From Bdellovibrionales bacterium (GTDB lineage: Bacteria; Bdellovibrionota; UBA1018), in contig JAEUWC010000029.1 of NCBI GenBank assembly GCA_016786465.1, forward strand, positions 82,363-146,362: DNA of 64,000 bases, written 5' to 3'. Each line of letters starts with the position of its first letter. Positions within the stretch are counted from its first letter, which is position 1. The notes under the pieces were generated by a model. It was not told the DNA's origin and did not search any database. It saw only the letters and a list, made by a program, of their open reading frames with translations. A program made the position numbers and the translations under genes. Below are positions 10,801-18,591 of this stretch, in pieces.

Positions 10801-10841
10801 CTTCCCGAATTTACGTAGTGCAGGTGTACCGATGTCAGTAA
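7830..10841 (+). CDS. Large surface lipoprotein with multiple putative Ig (He_PIG/dystroglycan-cadherin-like) domains and a Cys-rich C-terminus
   Basis: 1003 aa. Lipoprotein signal ...ALAVLTACGS. At least 8 copies of the LPxGLxLNxxTGxISGTP signature. The C-terminal ~150 aa are Cys-rich. Confidence 0.75.
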   Translation: MGNLGLYQFKRGILAASALAVLTACGSFNNPIRGSSSAITISSETLTAPIYSPFTGPIPSIPSNKIGEPTTYSITPALPSGLFLIASTGQILGTPFVNSALAEYELTAKFGPITVTKTISIEVTGTTGAPTSLDYNSGTYPFNLARGQSYNFSPSVTGGTPSTYDLLAGTLPAGLTLNSSTGVISGTPTTLNTPGGVTITVNARNPVGSALRTFNIYVAQAAPVISSYTIQNATGGSVYQRGTAISTNSPTIADPVNGPADSFAIVPVAAAPAFASLGLTFDTVNGQITGNPSVATPTSGGYQYDITATNAGGTSAAYRITVAIKDPPITAFSYPGWQTAEPVGMPISPNLTASVTGGGATNTFSVTGGPPTFPLSLNTSTGEISGTPGSMQAATNYTFCATNWGMAVPVCTSALSLEVQDGPPATVSYTDRSGGTSLIHGSTYSLMPTVTGGAPTSWSITGNSGAPAVTTYGLAFNTTTGEVSGTVNAVTSPTVNCYTVTGTNGWGSASDTNFCLETRAVAPTLLSYTNNGPVTYTVGNAISNTVNSTAPQLGGPGNVFAIQSGGPLPAGMNAYNTTNGDISGTPTALRWPASNLVLQVTNSSGTVVTRTISMAVQDRAPGAFTYTPSASYNRYYAFTLAHAGHSAPTSLSTLTYSISPSSPTSLATLTAAGISLNTTNGTISAVAGGATAAASYNIIVRATPASASGVFTDSNTFTVNIVNSAADLAFVTTGQTPNPQVNPTNFGTSATNVVMTFAIRNRAANSTGPLTITLDRTGGTESTFYTITGGTCVTLGSCSNTGTGMTCPGPALAYSGPGTAYSPTCTVQVTGNFASVGITSGTKTANLTVTPTTGTAATYGVTGVTAYTWTAVPGYAASGSFNTTVVPSGACSVQSATTLYKFADAPAGTQEQLSKNAANDAICSGSPDGTNYYQRMGFIRQCGTSTPTYAGSTTGSTCRNCTGPGEPGCLASLWTNWNTGSPQFDDTECDTSRIYVVQVYRCQ
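8046..9890 (+). repeat. Tandem coding repeats (He_PIG-type Ig-like modules, ~90-100 aa each)
   Basis: The xTGxISGTP signature recurs (LIASTGQILGTP, LNSSTGVISGTP, FDTVNGQITGNP, LNTSTGEISGTP, FNTTTGEVSGTV, YNTTNGDISGTP, LNTTNGTISAV). Boundaries are approximate. Confidence 0.5.
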
Positions 10842-11356
10842 ATTTTAAATTCATCAGCTTCGTTTCGATTTTGTTCCTGACCGCTTCGGCGAACGCGGCA
10901 ACGGTTTCTGATTGCGAAAAGAACGTCGATAAATGGAGCGATGCCTGCGCCGAACTTTGGGTAAAGAACGCTTCGGCAAAGAACGTTAGCCACGCATTGG
11001 GCTTTATGGCCGTCGGGTACAAAAGCGCAGTCGTTTTAATTCCGTTTGCACACAAGACTTCAGACCGATCGCCCGCTTCGGCGCCCTTGATCGCCAAACC
11101 GGAAGTTTTTCACGGCCGTGATTCAGGTCTAGTCGATGTTCAGGCCGTGTGGATCGGATCCGACGCGCGGGTCTGGGCTTATGACCGCGCGAGTCATTCG
11201 GTTTTCAGTTTCGACGCCCGCCAAGCGGGACAAGTGGCTCCGCTTTCTAAAGCGGAACTTCGCCAGGGAATCGCCTTCAAAGGCCTTTCCGCAGGAAGCG
11301 AAGCCGGATCGGTCAGTGTAGAACTGGCAAACGGCGATATCGAAGTTTTGAAATAG
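10832..11356 (+). CDS. Small secreted protein, hypothetical
   Basis: The ATG at 10832 gives MSVNFKFISFVSILFLTASANA (signal peptide). It overlaps the upstream stop by 10 nt. The longer track ORF (10652) overlaps the preceding gene and is unlikely. Confidence 0.45.
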   Translation: MSVNFKFISFVSILFLTASANAATVSDCEKNVDKWSDACAELWVKNASAKNVSHALGFMAVGYKSAVVLIPFAHKTSDRSPASAPLIAKPEVFHGRDSGLVDVQAVWIGSDARVWAYDRASHSVFSFDARQAGQVAPLSKAELRQGIAFKGLSAGSEAGSVSVELANGDIEVLK

Positions 11357-11450
11357 GGGTCAGATCCCTTTTGATACTCGACGCGTCAAAATTGACTTTT
11401 AACCCCCCACGTTGTTGAACAAGGCTTCAACAAATTCTCAGGGGGCTTAG

Positions 11451-11828
11451 ATGAAATTCGCTATTTTGACCGCTCTTGCATCAGTCGCGTTGGCCAACTC
11501 GGCACACGCCATCGACTACGTGACTCTTTCGAACAATCAGACGATCGTGCTTCAACCCAACACAACGACTGAAGTGAAATGCGGAGCACCCGCGGCACCA
11601 GTTCCGGCGAAGGTCTGTTCGCTGGTATTGTCGGAATGGTCGTCCGGCACTTCTTGGTACAAGGTCCAATATATTGAAACCAGTACGGCATCCAAAGCGG
11701 TTGAGGTGAAAGCTTACAGCTACGGCGGATCCCTTTCGGAATTTGCGAGCAAAGCCGACGCGCGTATCGCTGCCGTCACCGCAGGCAAGGCGCTTGAAAA
11801 ATCCGGCTTCTGCGTTTTCATTGAATAA
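11451..11828 (+). CDS. Small secreted protein, hypothetical
   Basis: 125 aa. Signal peptide MKFAILTALASVALANSAHA. SD-like CAGGGGG lies 5-10 nt upstream. Confidence 0.55.
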   Translation: MKFAILTALASVALANSAHAIDYVTLSNNQTIVLQPNTTTEVKCGAPAAPVPAKVCSLVLSEWSSGTSWYKVQYIETSTASKAVEVKAYSYGGSLSEFASKADARIAAVTAGKALEKSGFCVFIE

Positions 11829-11840
11829 TTGAAAGACTGA

Positions 11841-12854
11841 ATGGCCACCGAAGCGATCTTGAATCCAGGTAAGCGTGTTTTCAACAGTGTCGTCGACGCC
11901 ATTGGAAACACGCCTATCGTTCGACTGAATCGGGTTGTTCCCGACATCGGCGTGAACTTTTACGGCAAGTGTGAATTCTTAAATCCAGGCGGATCGATCA
12001 AAGACAAGATTGGTTGGTGGTTGATCGAAGACGCTGAAAAGCGTGGAGCAATCAAGCCCGGCGGCACCATCGTAGAAGGAACCAGTGGAAACACGGGTGT
12101 GGGATTGGCAATTGCAGCAAACATCAAGGGCTACAAGTGCATCTTCGTCATGCCCGACAAGATGTCGAAAGAAAAAATCAACAACCTCAGGGCGTTTGGC
12201 GCCGAAGTCGTCATCACCCCCACTGCGGTCGAACCTGACGATCCACGAAGCTACTACCAAGTGTCGCGACGACTTGCGCGCGAAACCCCAAACGCGATTT
12301 ATCTGAATCAGTATGACAACCTGGCCAATCGCGAAGCGCATTACGCTCAAACCGGACCCGAATTGATGCAGCAGTTTCCGGAAATGGACGTCTTTGTTGC
12401 CGGGATCGGCACGGGTGGAACGATCTGCGGTACCGGAAAATATTTGAAAGAAAAGAAGCCCGGAATTCAGGTCGTGGCCGTCGATCCGAAAGGGTCGATC
12501 GTTTACGACCATTTCAAAACCGGAAAGATGCAGACACTTCCAAAAACCTACAAAATCGAAGGCATCGGTGAAGACTTCATCCCGAAAAACTACGATTACA
12601 GCGTCATCGACGACATGGTTCAGGTCGAAGACCAGGAATCATTCTTGATGACCCGCGACCTTCTGACAAAAGAAGGTTTGTACTGCGGAATTTCCAGTGG
12701 AAGCGCGGTCGTAGGTGCCGTGAAATGGGCAAAAGCCCAAGGCGCAAAGCTGAAGGGAAAAAACGTCTTGATTGTCTTGGTCGACAGCGGCAACCGCTAC
12801 ATGTCCAAAGCCTTTGATGACGAATGGATGCGCGCTGCCGGCTTCATCAAATAG
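11841..12854 (+). CDS. PLP-dependent cystathionine beta-synthase / cysteine synthase family enzyme (no CBS-pair domain)
   Basis: 337 aa. PGGSIKDKIG (PLP lysine), EGTSGNTGVGLA and GIGTGGTICG are present. Confidence 0.8.
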   Translation: MATEAILNPGKRVFNSVVDAIGNTPIVRLNRVVPDIGVNFYGKCEFLNPGGSIKDKIGWWLIEDAEKRGAIKPGGTIVEGTSGNTGVGLAIAANIKGYKCIFVMPDKMSKEKINNLRAFGAEVVITPTAVEPDDPRSYYQVSRRLARETPNAIYLNQYDNLANREAHYAQTGPELMQQFPEMDVFVAGIGTGGTICGTGKYLKEKKPGIQVVAVDPKGSIVYDHFKTGKMQTLPKTYKIEGIGEDFIPKNYDYSVIDDMVQVEDQESFLMTRDLLTKEGLYCGISSGSAVVGAVKWAKAQGAKLKGKNVLIVLVDSGNRYMSKAFDDEWMRAAGFIK

Positions 12855-12886
12855 ATCCAAAAAAAGCAGACCCAAGAAAGTTCATC

Positions 12887-14038
12887 ATGGAAAAATCAAA
12901 CAAGCACGGATTCGGAACCTTAGCCATTCACGCCGGACAACCTGCCGACCCCAACACGGGAGCGGTGATGACACCGGTCTATCAAACCAGCACTTTTGCG
13001 CAAAAATCGCCGGGAGTTCATACCGGTTACGAATACGCGCGAACCGACAACCCGACCCGCACCGCTTACCAAGCCTGCGTGGCTGCGCTTGAAAACGGAA
13101 AATACGGCTTGGCCTTTTCTTCGGGCCTGGCGGCTTCCGATGCGCTGATGCACACTTTAGAGTCCGGCGATCACGTCGTGGTTTGCGATGACGTGTACGG
13201 CGGGACTTTCCGAATCTTTGACAAAGTTTTCACACGCGCCGGAATTGAATTTACTTTCGTGGATCTTTCCGACCTGAAAAAGGCCGAAGCTGCGTTTCGT
13301 CCCAACACCAAAATGCTTTGGATGGAATCGCCCACGAATCCGATGTTGAAGATCTTGGACATCGAAGCACTGGCAAAACTTGCCAGGTCCAAAAAAGTTC
13401 TATCCGTGGTCGATAACACTTTCATGTCGGCTTACTTTCAAAAGCCATTGAACCTAGGTGCCGACATCGTTGTTCACAGCGTGACCAAGTACATGAACGG
13501 ACACAGCGATGTGGTCGGCGGAATGATCGTCACCAGCAACGACCGCGTTTACGAAGAACTGAAATTTCTGCAAAACGCCGTGGGCGGGGTCCCAGGCCCC
13601 TGGGATTGCTTCTTGGTCATGCGCGGGCTGAAAACGCTTCACGTGCGAATGGAACGTCACGCTGAAAACGCGATGAAGGTTGCCAAGTATTTGGAAAGAC
13701 ACCCCCGCGTGGAAAAGGTCATCTATCCGGGGCTGGAATCGCACCCTCAACATTCGATCGCAAAAAAGCAGATGTCGGGCTTTGGCGGAATGATCACTTT
13801 CTTCTTAAAAGGCGGCCTGCCCGAAGCACGACGCTTCCTAGAAAAAGTAAAAGTCTTCACCTTGGCAGAATCCTTAGGCGGTGTGGAATCCCTGGTCGAG
13901 CATCCTGCGATCATGACCCATGCAAGCATTCCTGCGGAAACGCGAAAGCAGCTGGGCATTCATGACAACTTGGTGCGAATTTCAGTGGGCATCGAAGACG
14001 TCACAGATCTGATCGCGGACCTTGAACAGGCGCTGTGA
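12887..14038 (+). CDS. Cystathionine gamma-lyase / gamma-synthase family (Cys/Met-metabolism PLP enzyme)
   Basis: Start taken at the ATG at 12887 (MEKSNKHGFGTLAIHAGQ). SVTKYMNGHSDVVGG carries the PLP lysine. The C-terminus ends RISVGIEDVTDLIADLEQAL. Confidence 0.85.
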   Translation: MEKSNKHGFGTLAIHAGQPADPNTGAVMTPVYQTSTFAQKSPGVHTGYEYARTDNPTRTAYQACVAALENGKYGLAFSSGLAASDALMHTLESGDHVVVCDDVYGGTFRIFDKVFTRAGIEFTFVDLSDLKKAEAAFRPNTKMLWMESPTNPMLKILDIEALAKLARSKKVLSVVDNTFMSAYFQKPLNLGADIVVHSVTKYMNGHSDVVGGMIVTSNDRVYEELKFLQNAVGGVPGPWDCFLVMRGLKTLHVRMERHAENAMKVAKYLERHPRVEKVIYPGLESHPQHSIAKKQMSGFGGMITFFLKGGLPEARRFLEKVKVFTLAESLGGVESLVEHPAIMTHASIPAETRKQLGIHDNLVRISVGIEDVTDLIADLEQAL

Positions 14039-14039
14039 T

Positions 14040-14978
14040 TCAGTCTTGTGCAACACCCTGCACAGCATCCTGGGGTACACGTCCCAAGATGTGTCTTATA
14101 TGGTAGGGGTGCACTTGCCGTCGAAGGCACATGATTGAATCCAACTGACACTTCATATCCCGAGTGTCGGACGTTTCCTTGCGGATTTCAGAAGGCTGTT
14201 TTCCTGTGAAAAGCTGCTTCAGGGAATCTGCCCATTCGTGTGGAGCAATATTCGATCCCAGCATTCGATATTCGTCATCCAATCCCATCATGTGACCGAT
14301 TTCATGCGCCAACATTTCTTTATCCAGTGGCGCGACGATGAACTTGTCGTATTCGGCGCCGACGAAATTCACTAGTTTAATGGAATAGTGCGCGTCTTCT
14401 GGACGTTCGACCCGAACAAACCGAAAGCGAACCCCGTAGGCCATTGAATTCGTCCAGATCATTTCCGCGTCGTTTAGGGCTTGGTCAATATGGTCATTCA
14501 AATGATCTTCTGTAGGATAAAGCACCCAACGAAGATCTTCTTTTCGCTCAAGCCTTGCCGCCTTTTTTAGATAGCCCTTTGAAGGGCGAAAATGGATTCG
14601 AACTTCAACGGTCAAAGACCCCTGGTCGCTAGGCGCCCCTGCCCCTGAATCCGGGACTTCCGCAATCACGTCATAGCGGTACTTCTTTTTGAAAAATCCG
14701 TGATAAATTCTTTCGCCTTCGATTTTGTAGACGTGATTTTGTCGAATCGGAAACAAGTTCTGCCAATCCCAGCGCTTGGAATACAGATCTTTTTCCCAGT
14801 TTTCGCGATCAAAAAATTCCGCCCATTTGCTTTTTAGATCTGGGTCGTGCGGACCGACTTTCTTGGCCATCTTGACCAATTCCCGGCGGGTGTCCGGTGT
14901 CGCTGCGATCGCCGGGTCTTGGGCCGATGCGGTTGAAATGAAAAAAAGGCTAGAAATCAGAAGGATCACAGTACCCAA
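14040..14978 (-). CDS. Secreted zinc metalloprotease (HExxH...DEY type)
   Basis: 312 aa with a TTG start. Signal peptide MGTVILLISSLFFISTASA. Motif HEIGHMMGLDDEY. Its stop is 1 nt from the stop of the convergent lyase gene. Confidence 0.6.
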   Translation of the reverse strand: MGTVILLISSLFFISTASAQDPAIAATPDTRRELVKMAKKVGPHDPDLKSKWAEFFDRENWEKDLYSKRWDWQNLFPIRQNHVYKIEGERIYHGFFKKKYRYDVIAEVPDSGAGAPSDQGSLTVEVRIHFRPSKGYLKKAARLERKEDLRWVLYPTEDHLNDHIDQALNDAEMIWTNSMAYGVRFRFVRVERPEDAHYSIKLVNFVGAEYDKFIVAPLDKEMLAHEIGHMMGLDDEYRMLGSNIAPHEWADSLKQLFTGKQPSEIRKETSDTRDMKCQLDSIMCLRRQVHPYHIRHILGRVPQDAVQGVAQD

Positions 14979-15169
14979 TCAGTGCAAATCCTATGCGATA
15001 GATGGGGCCCTTGCGGTCCACTTTGGGAAGTCCAAATCAGTTTAATCCACTGACAGCTGCAAAAAGCTTAGACACCCCTCATCCCAACCCGTCGCGGAAA
15101 AACGGGCTTCTTCGCCAGAATCGACTTTAGGGGGTGTACCCTGGAACACCCCTTGCTTAATCCAAGGGG

Positions 15170-16525
15170 ATGCATTCTTTTAGCCGCAGCTCGATCAGCC
15201 TGGCGATTTTATCGGCCTTTGTGACCCTCACATCGGCCTGCGGAAATATCTCGACCCAAAACACCCGATTTGATGCTGTAAAGAATTCAGCCAATCAATT
15301 GACCCGACTGGGTGTGAAAGACACTGAACGCTGCATGATCATAAAGTCCGCACGGATTTCTGAACTTGCGGTTCTGGGAAAAAATACGCCCATTGGCCCT
15401 ACCGCCGAAGCCCATCGTCAAAAGCTTGTTTCGTGTGGAGAAGACGCGATCTGCGTGGTTCAAGAACTTTCGCGAATCATCACCAGCCTTGCGCTAGTGA
15501 ACAAAAGCTTGGATCAAAGCCGCAAAGACCGGATTGTTCGCCTGACTTCCGATTGCAAAGACGAAGTCAGCTGCTTGATTCCTACCAACGCACGAAACCT
15601 TCGCACGATTTTGCGTGAAGAAACCGACTGGAAAGATGCGGCCGAATCCGAAACAGCAATGCGCCTGATTTCTGAAACGGAAGGATGCACAAACCTTTCT
15701 TGTTTTGCGTCGATGTCGGGACAAATGCTTCGCCAAATGCTTTCGACCCGAATGAAGAAAACGCCAGCTGACTTTGTGCTGGCCGACGGCGACGAAGCGA
15801 TTGAAAAAATGAACGCTTGTTCGGGAACGGCGACCCGATCGGTTGCACAGGTGAACAAAAAGCCATTCGTGAATCCGAATTCTTATTATCCTTTAGACAA
15901 AGAAAAACTGGTCAAGGTTCGCGCCGAAAGCTGGGTCAGCACCTTTATCGATGCTTCCCTTTACTTGACATCGCTTTCCGTCAGCAAGGCCATTGATGGG
16001 TTCGCGCTGATTGAACCCAAGGACGAAGGTCTGAACTTAGCGAAGAAAGTCCGCACGGTGGAAAGCAATGGCTATTACATCACCAAGCGCTGGATGTACT
16101 TTCGTGAAAAAAATCTTCCGTATTACCAATTGAACCGGCCTCCGACTAGCTGGGGTCTATTTGAACTTTTGAAAAAACGACCCGAAGTTCTGGTCAAGGT
16201 CGGCGATCAAAATCTAGTCGAAGTGGCGCTGGTGTCTGAACTGAACCAGACATCGATGACGATGGAATTGACCTTCCCGTATGCGATTGTGAAAGACGAC
16301 TTTCGAGCCATTCGCTTCCAGATTTCGCGCGAAACGAAAGAATCTAAAGACTGGAAAGCTGTTTACCTTCCTGAAAACCCGAATGAAGCGAATGTAGAAT
16401 TTGATGAAATCGTGATTAAGCTGAAGACCACGCTGACCGGAGCCGATAGCGTGAAGCTCATCCTGGGGGGAACCCCGGTGAAAGATATCCAAGTTTCAAA
16501 ACTTGAAGCCGCGGAAGAGCGTTAG
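15170..16525 (+). CDS. Lipoprotein, hypothetical
   Basis: 451 aa. Lipobox LTSACG. Short Cys pairs (SCGEDAIC, DCKDEVSC, GCTNLSC). SD AAGGGG lies upstream. Confidence 0.6.
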   Translation: MHSFSRSSISLAILSAFVTLTSACGNISTQNTRFDAVKNSANQLTRLGVKDTERCMIIKSARISELAVLGKNTPIGPTAEAHRQKLVSCGEDAICVVQELSRIITSLALVNKSLDQSRKDRIVRLTSDCKDEVSCLIPTNARNLRTILREETDWKDAAESETAMRLISETEGCTNLSCFASMSGQMLRQMLSTRMKKTPADFVLADGDEAIEKMNACSGTATRSVAQVNKKPFVNPNSYYPLDKEKLVKVRAESWVSTFIDASLYLTSLSVSKAIDGFALIEPKDEGLNLAKKVRTVESNGYYITKRWMYFREKNLPYYQLNRPPTSWGLFELLKKRPEVLVKVGDQNLVEVALVSELNQTSMTMELTFPYAIVKDDFRAIRFQISRETKESKDWKAVYLPENPNEANVEFDEIVIKLKTTLTGADSVKLILGGTPVKDIQVSKLEAAEER

Positions 16526-16660
16526 GCCAAAGCGAGGCTGCTGCCAGAACGCAAAAGTTGCTTCAAGAATTCTTTTAAACGACGCATAAATTGTCCCTGT
16601 ACGAACGAAGATAGCGGTTTTCGTACTTGAACTCAAGCGCGCCTTACTGGACTAAAAAAA

Positions 16661-17683
16661 TCAGGAATCAGAATCCTTCCGCTGCCGTCCTTGCAGGAAC
16701 TGCTCGACCACCGGGTTCCTTTGCGATTTTAGGGCCGCTAAGGAAATCGGATCGCTGACTTTGGGGACAAAGCCGAAGGACTTTCTAAACGCATCGTCCG
16801 CAACGACGGTCTGATAGCGAAAGTATTCTAAAAGATGCGGCGGAAACCCAAGCCCCAGGCTAGCCAGAATCTTCACTGCCGGATAACCCACAAAGCCGGG
16901 CACGGGGACGGGTAGCGCGCCCGCCAACTGGATGGCCTTGGAATACGGAAGCACCCCTTCACCTGCGACGTTAAAGACGCCCCGAATCGGCTGATCCAAA
17001 GCCAGGATCAACGCACGCGCCATGTCCTTTTCGTCAATGAACTGCATCAGCGGATCATAACCGATCAGCTGCGGACAAAAACCGCCGCGAAGCATTTGGC
17101 AGATCGTGTTCTTCACGTGCTTTCCAATGATGTTGACCGGGCGAAGAATGGTCGTCCGCACTTCGGGGTAACGCCAAAGAAAGGTTGAAGCGGCATGGTC
17201 CAGTTCAACGGCGTCCGCTAGTTCTGGAAAAGTTTGGCTGGCTCGAAGGGGTTCGTCTTCCGTCAGGTACGAGTGATTGTGCCGGTGCGCCCCGTATACG
17301 TGATAGGTCGATAGGACCACCAAGTGTTCAACCCCATGAGCCCGCGAAAGTTCCAAAAGCTTTTGGGTTCCGATGACGTTCATTTCAAATCGGAAATTCG
17401 CACTGGTCCGGGTATCTGCGCGAATTCGACCCAGGTGAATCAGCGCGTGGATTTTGTGATTTCGAAATACTTCAGTCATCTGGCGATGGTGGTAATCGAT
17501 CTGGAAGAAGTCGCCCGGAAAGTGGTGATTCGACGAAAGTGGTCTGGGGTCAACGCCGATCAAATTGTATTTCGTCGCCAAAACTTTTGTCGCAAGCCGA
17601 GCCAGTGCCCCACCCGCTCCGGTCACAAGCAACGTCTTTTTTTCAGGTGAATGGGTTGATTCGCCCGTCGTCTTCTTCTTCAT
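16661..17683 (-). CDS. NAD-dependent epimerase/dehydratase (extended SDR family)
   Basis: 340 aa. Rossmann motif LLVTGAGGALA. A 4-nt ATGA overlap joins it to the upstream acyltransferase gene. Confidence 0.75.
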   Translation of the reverse strand: MKKKTTGESTHSPEKKTLLVTGAGGALARLATKVLATKYNLIGVDPRPLSSNHHFPGDFFQIDYHHRQMTEVFRNHKIHALIHLGRIRADTRTSANFRFEMNVIGTQKLLELSRAHGVEHLVVLSTYHVYGAHRHNHSYLTEDEPLRASQTFPELADAVELDHAASTFLWRYPEVRTTILRPVNIIGKHVKNTICQMLRGGFCPQLIGYDPLMQFIDEKDMARALILALDQPIRGVFNVAGEGVLPYSKAIQLAGALPVPVPGFVGYPAVKILASLGLGFPPHLLEYFRYQTVVADDAFRKSFGFVPKVSDPISLAALKSQRNPVVEQFLQGRQRKDSDS

Positions 17684-18570
17684 TTGGCGGCCTTTGTGAA
17701 AATCGAGTTTCCTCGAATGCGAAGTCCCTCGTCGATTTCAAATTGCAAACTGTGTTTGACCTTGTCGACGGCCTTTCGGATTTCCGGTTCCGGAGCATCC
17801 GACGCCAAATCAAAGTGCATGGGCTTTCCGTAACGAATCGTGATTTTTGCGGGAACGGGAATCATGCCCAAGACTCCAAGCCATGGGAAAAGTGGCGTCA
17901 CCGGAAAGTACGGCGCACCGATCAGATTGGCCAAAGGCTTTAGGTCTAAAATCCCTGGATAGGTTTCTTCAGAACCAATCACGGCCACAGGAACGATCGG
18001 CGACTTTGTTTCAAGCGCAAGCCGCATAAAGCCAGTTCCAAACTTTTGAAGCTGATAACGATCCTTATAAAGCTTTCCGCTGCCCTTGACCCCTTCCGGA
18101 AAAACCAGCACAGGATGATCTTTGTTCAAAAGTTCACGACAATTTTTGGGGTGCCCGATGATTTCTCCGACCCGAATGAAAAAAGTGCTGACGAAAGGAA
18201 CCACCGGAACCCAGCGTTCAACCATCGCGCGCACGATTCGCGGTGGGTTGGCATCAATCAACATCGACATCGCGATCATTACGCCATCCAACGGAATCTG
18301 CCCGCCGTGATTACCGATCAACATCGCACGGCCCGCAGGAACATTTTCAGTTCCTTCGACTTCGACGCGAAAGTAGTGACGATAAAGAATCGAAAAAAAA
18401 GATGCGGCCAGATGAACCGTTTTTGGATCCAAACCCCAAGGGTCGTATCCCGATGCGTTCAATTCAGGAATGGCGCGATGGATTCGATCTTCAAGATCGA
18501 TCCCTAACTGCGAAGAAGAATAGTTTCGCAGAAATTCTGCAATGAAGGGCCGCAGACGGGACTTCGCCAT
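17680..18570 (-). CDS. Lysophospholipid/glycerolipid acyltransferase-like protein
   Basis: 296 aa. Contains GNHGGQIPLDG and FPEGVKGSG (acyltransferase block-III-like). Block I is not a canonical HX4D. Confidence 0.55.
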   Translation of the reverse strand: MAKSRLRPFIAEFLRNYSSSQLGIDLEDRIHRAIPELNASGYDPWGLDPKTVHLAASFFSILYRHYFRVEVEGTENVPAGRAMLIGNHGGQIPLDGVMIAMSMLIDANPPRIVRAMVERWVPVVPFVSTFFIRVGEIIGHPKNCRELLNKDHPVLVFPEGVKGSGKLYKDRYQLQKFGTGFMRLALETKSPIVPVAVIGSEETYPGILDLKPLANLIGAPYFPVTPLFPWLGVLGMIPVPAKITIRYGKPMHFDLASDAPEPEIRKAVDKVKHSLQFEIDEGLRIRGNSIFTKAAK

Positions 18571-18591
18571 CTGTCCATTTTCTGCTGCAGT

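Noticed and set aside
12824-12886. Upstream extension of the cystathionine gamma-lyase ORF
   Set aside because: It overlaps the end of the preceding gene and adds a non-conserved leader. The ATG at 12887 aligns with the family N-terminus (…GFGTLAIHAGQ).
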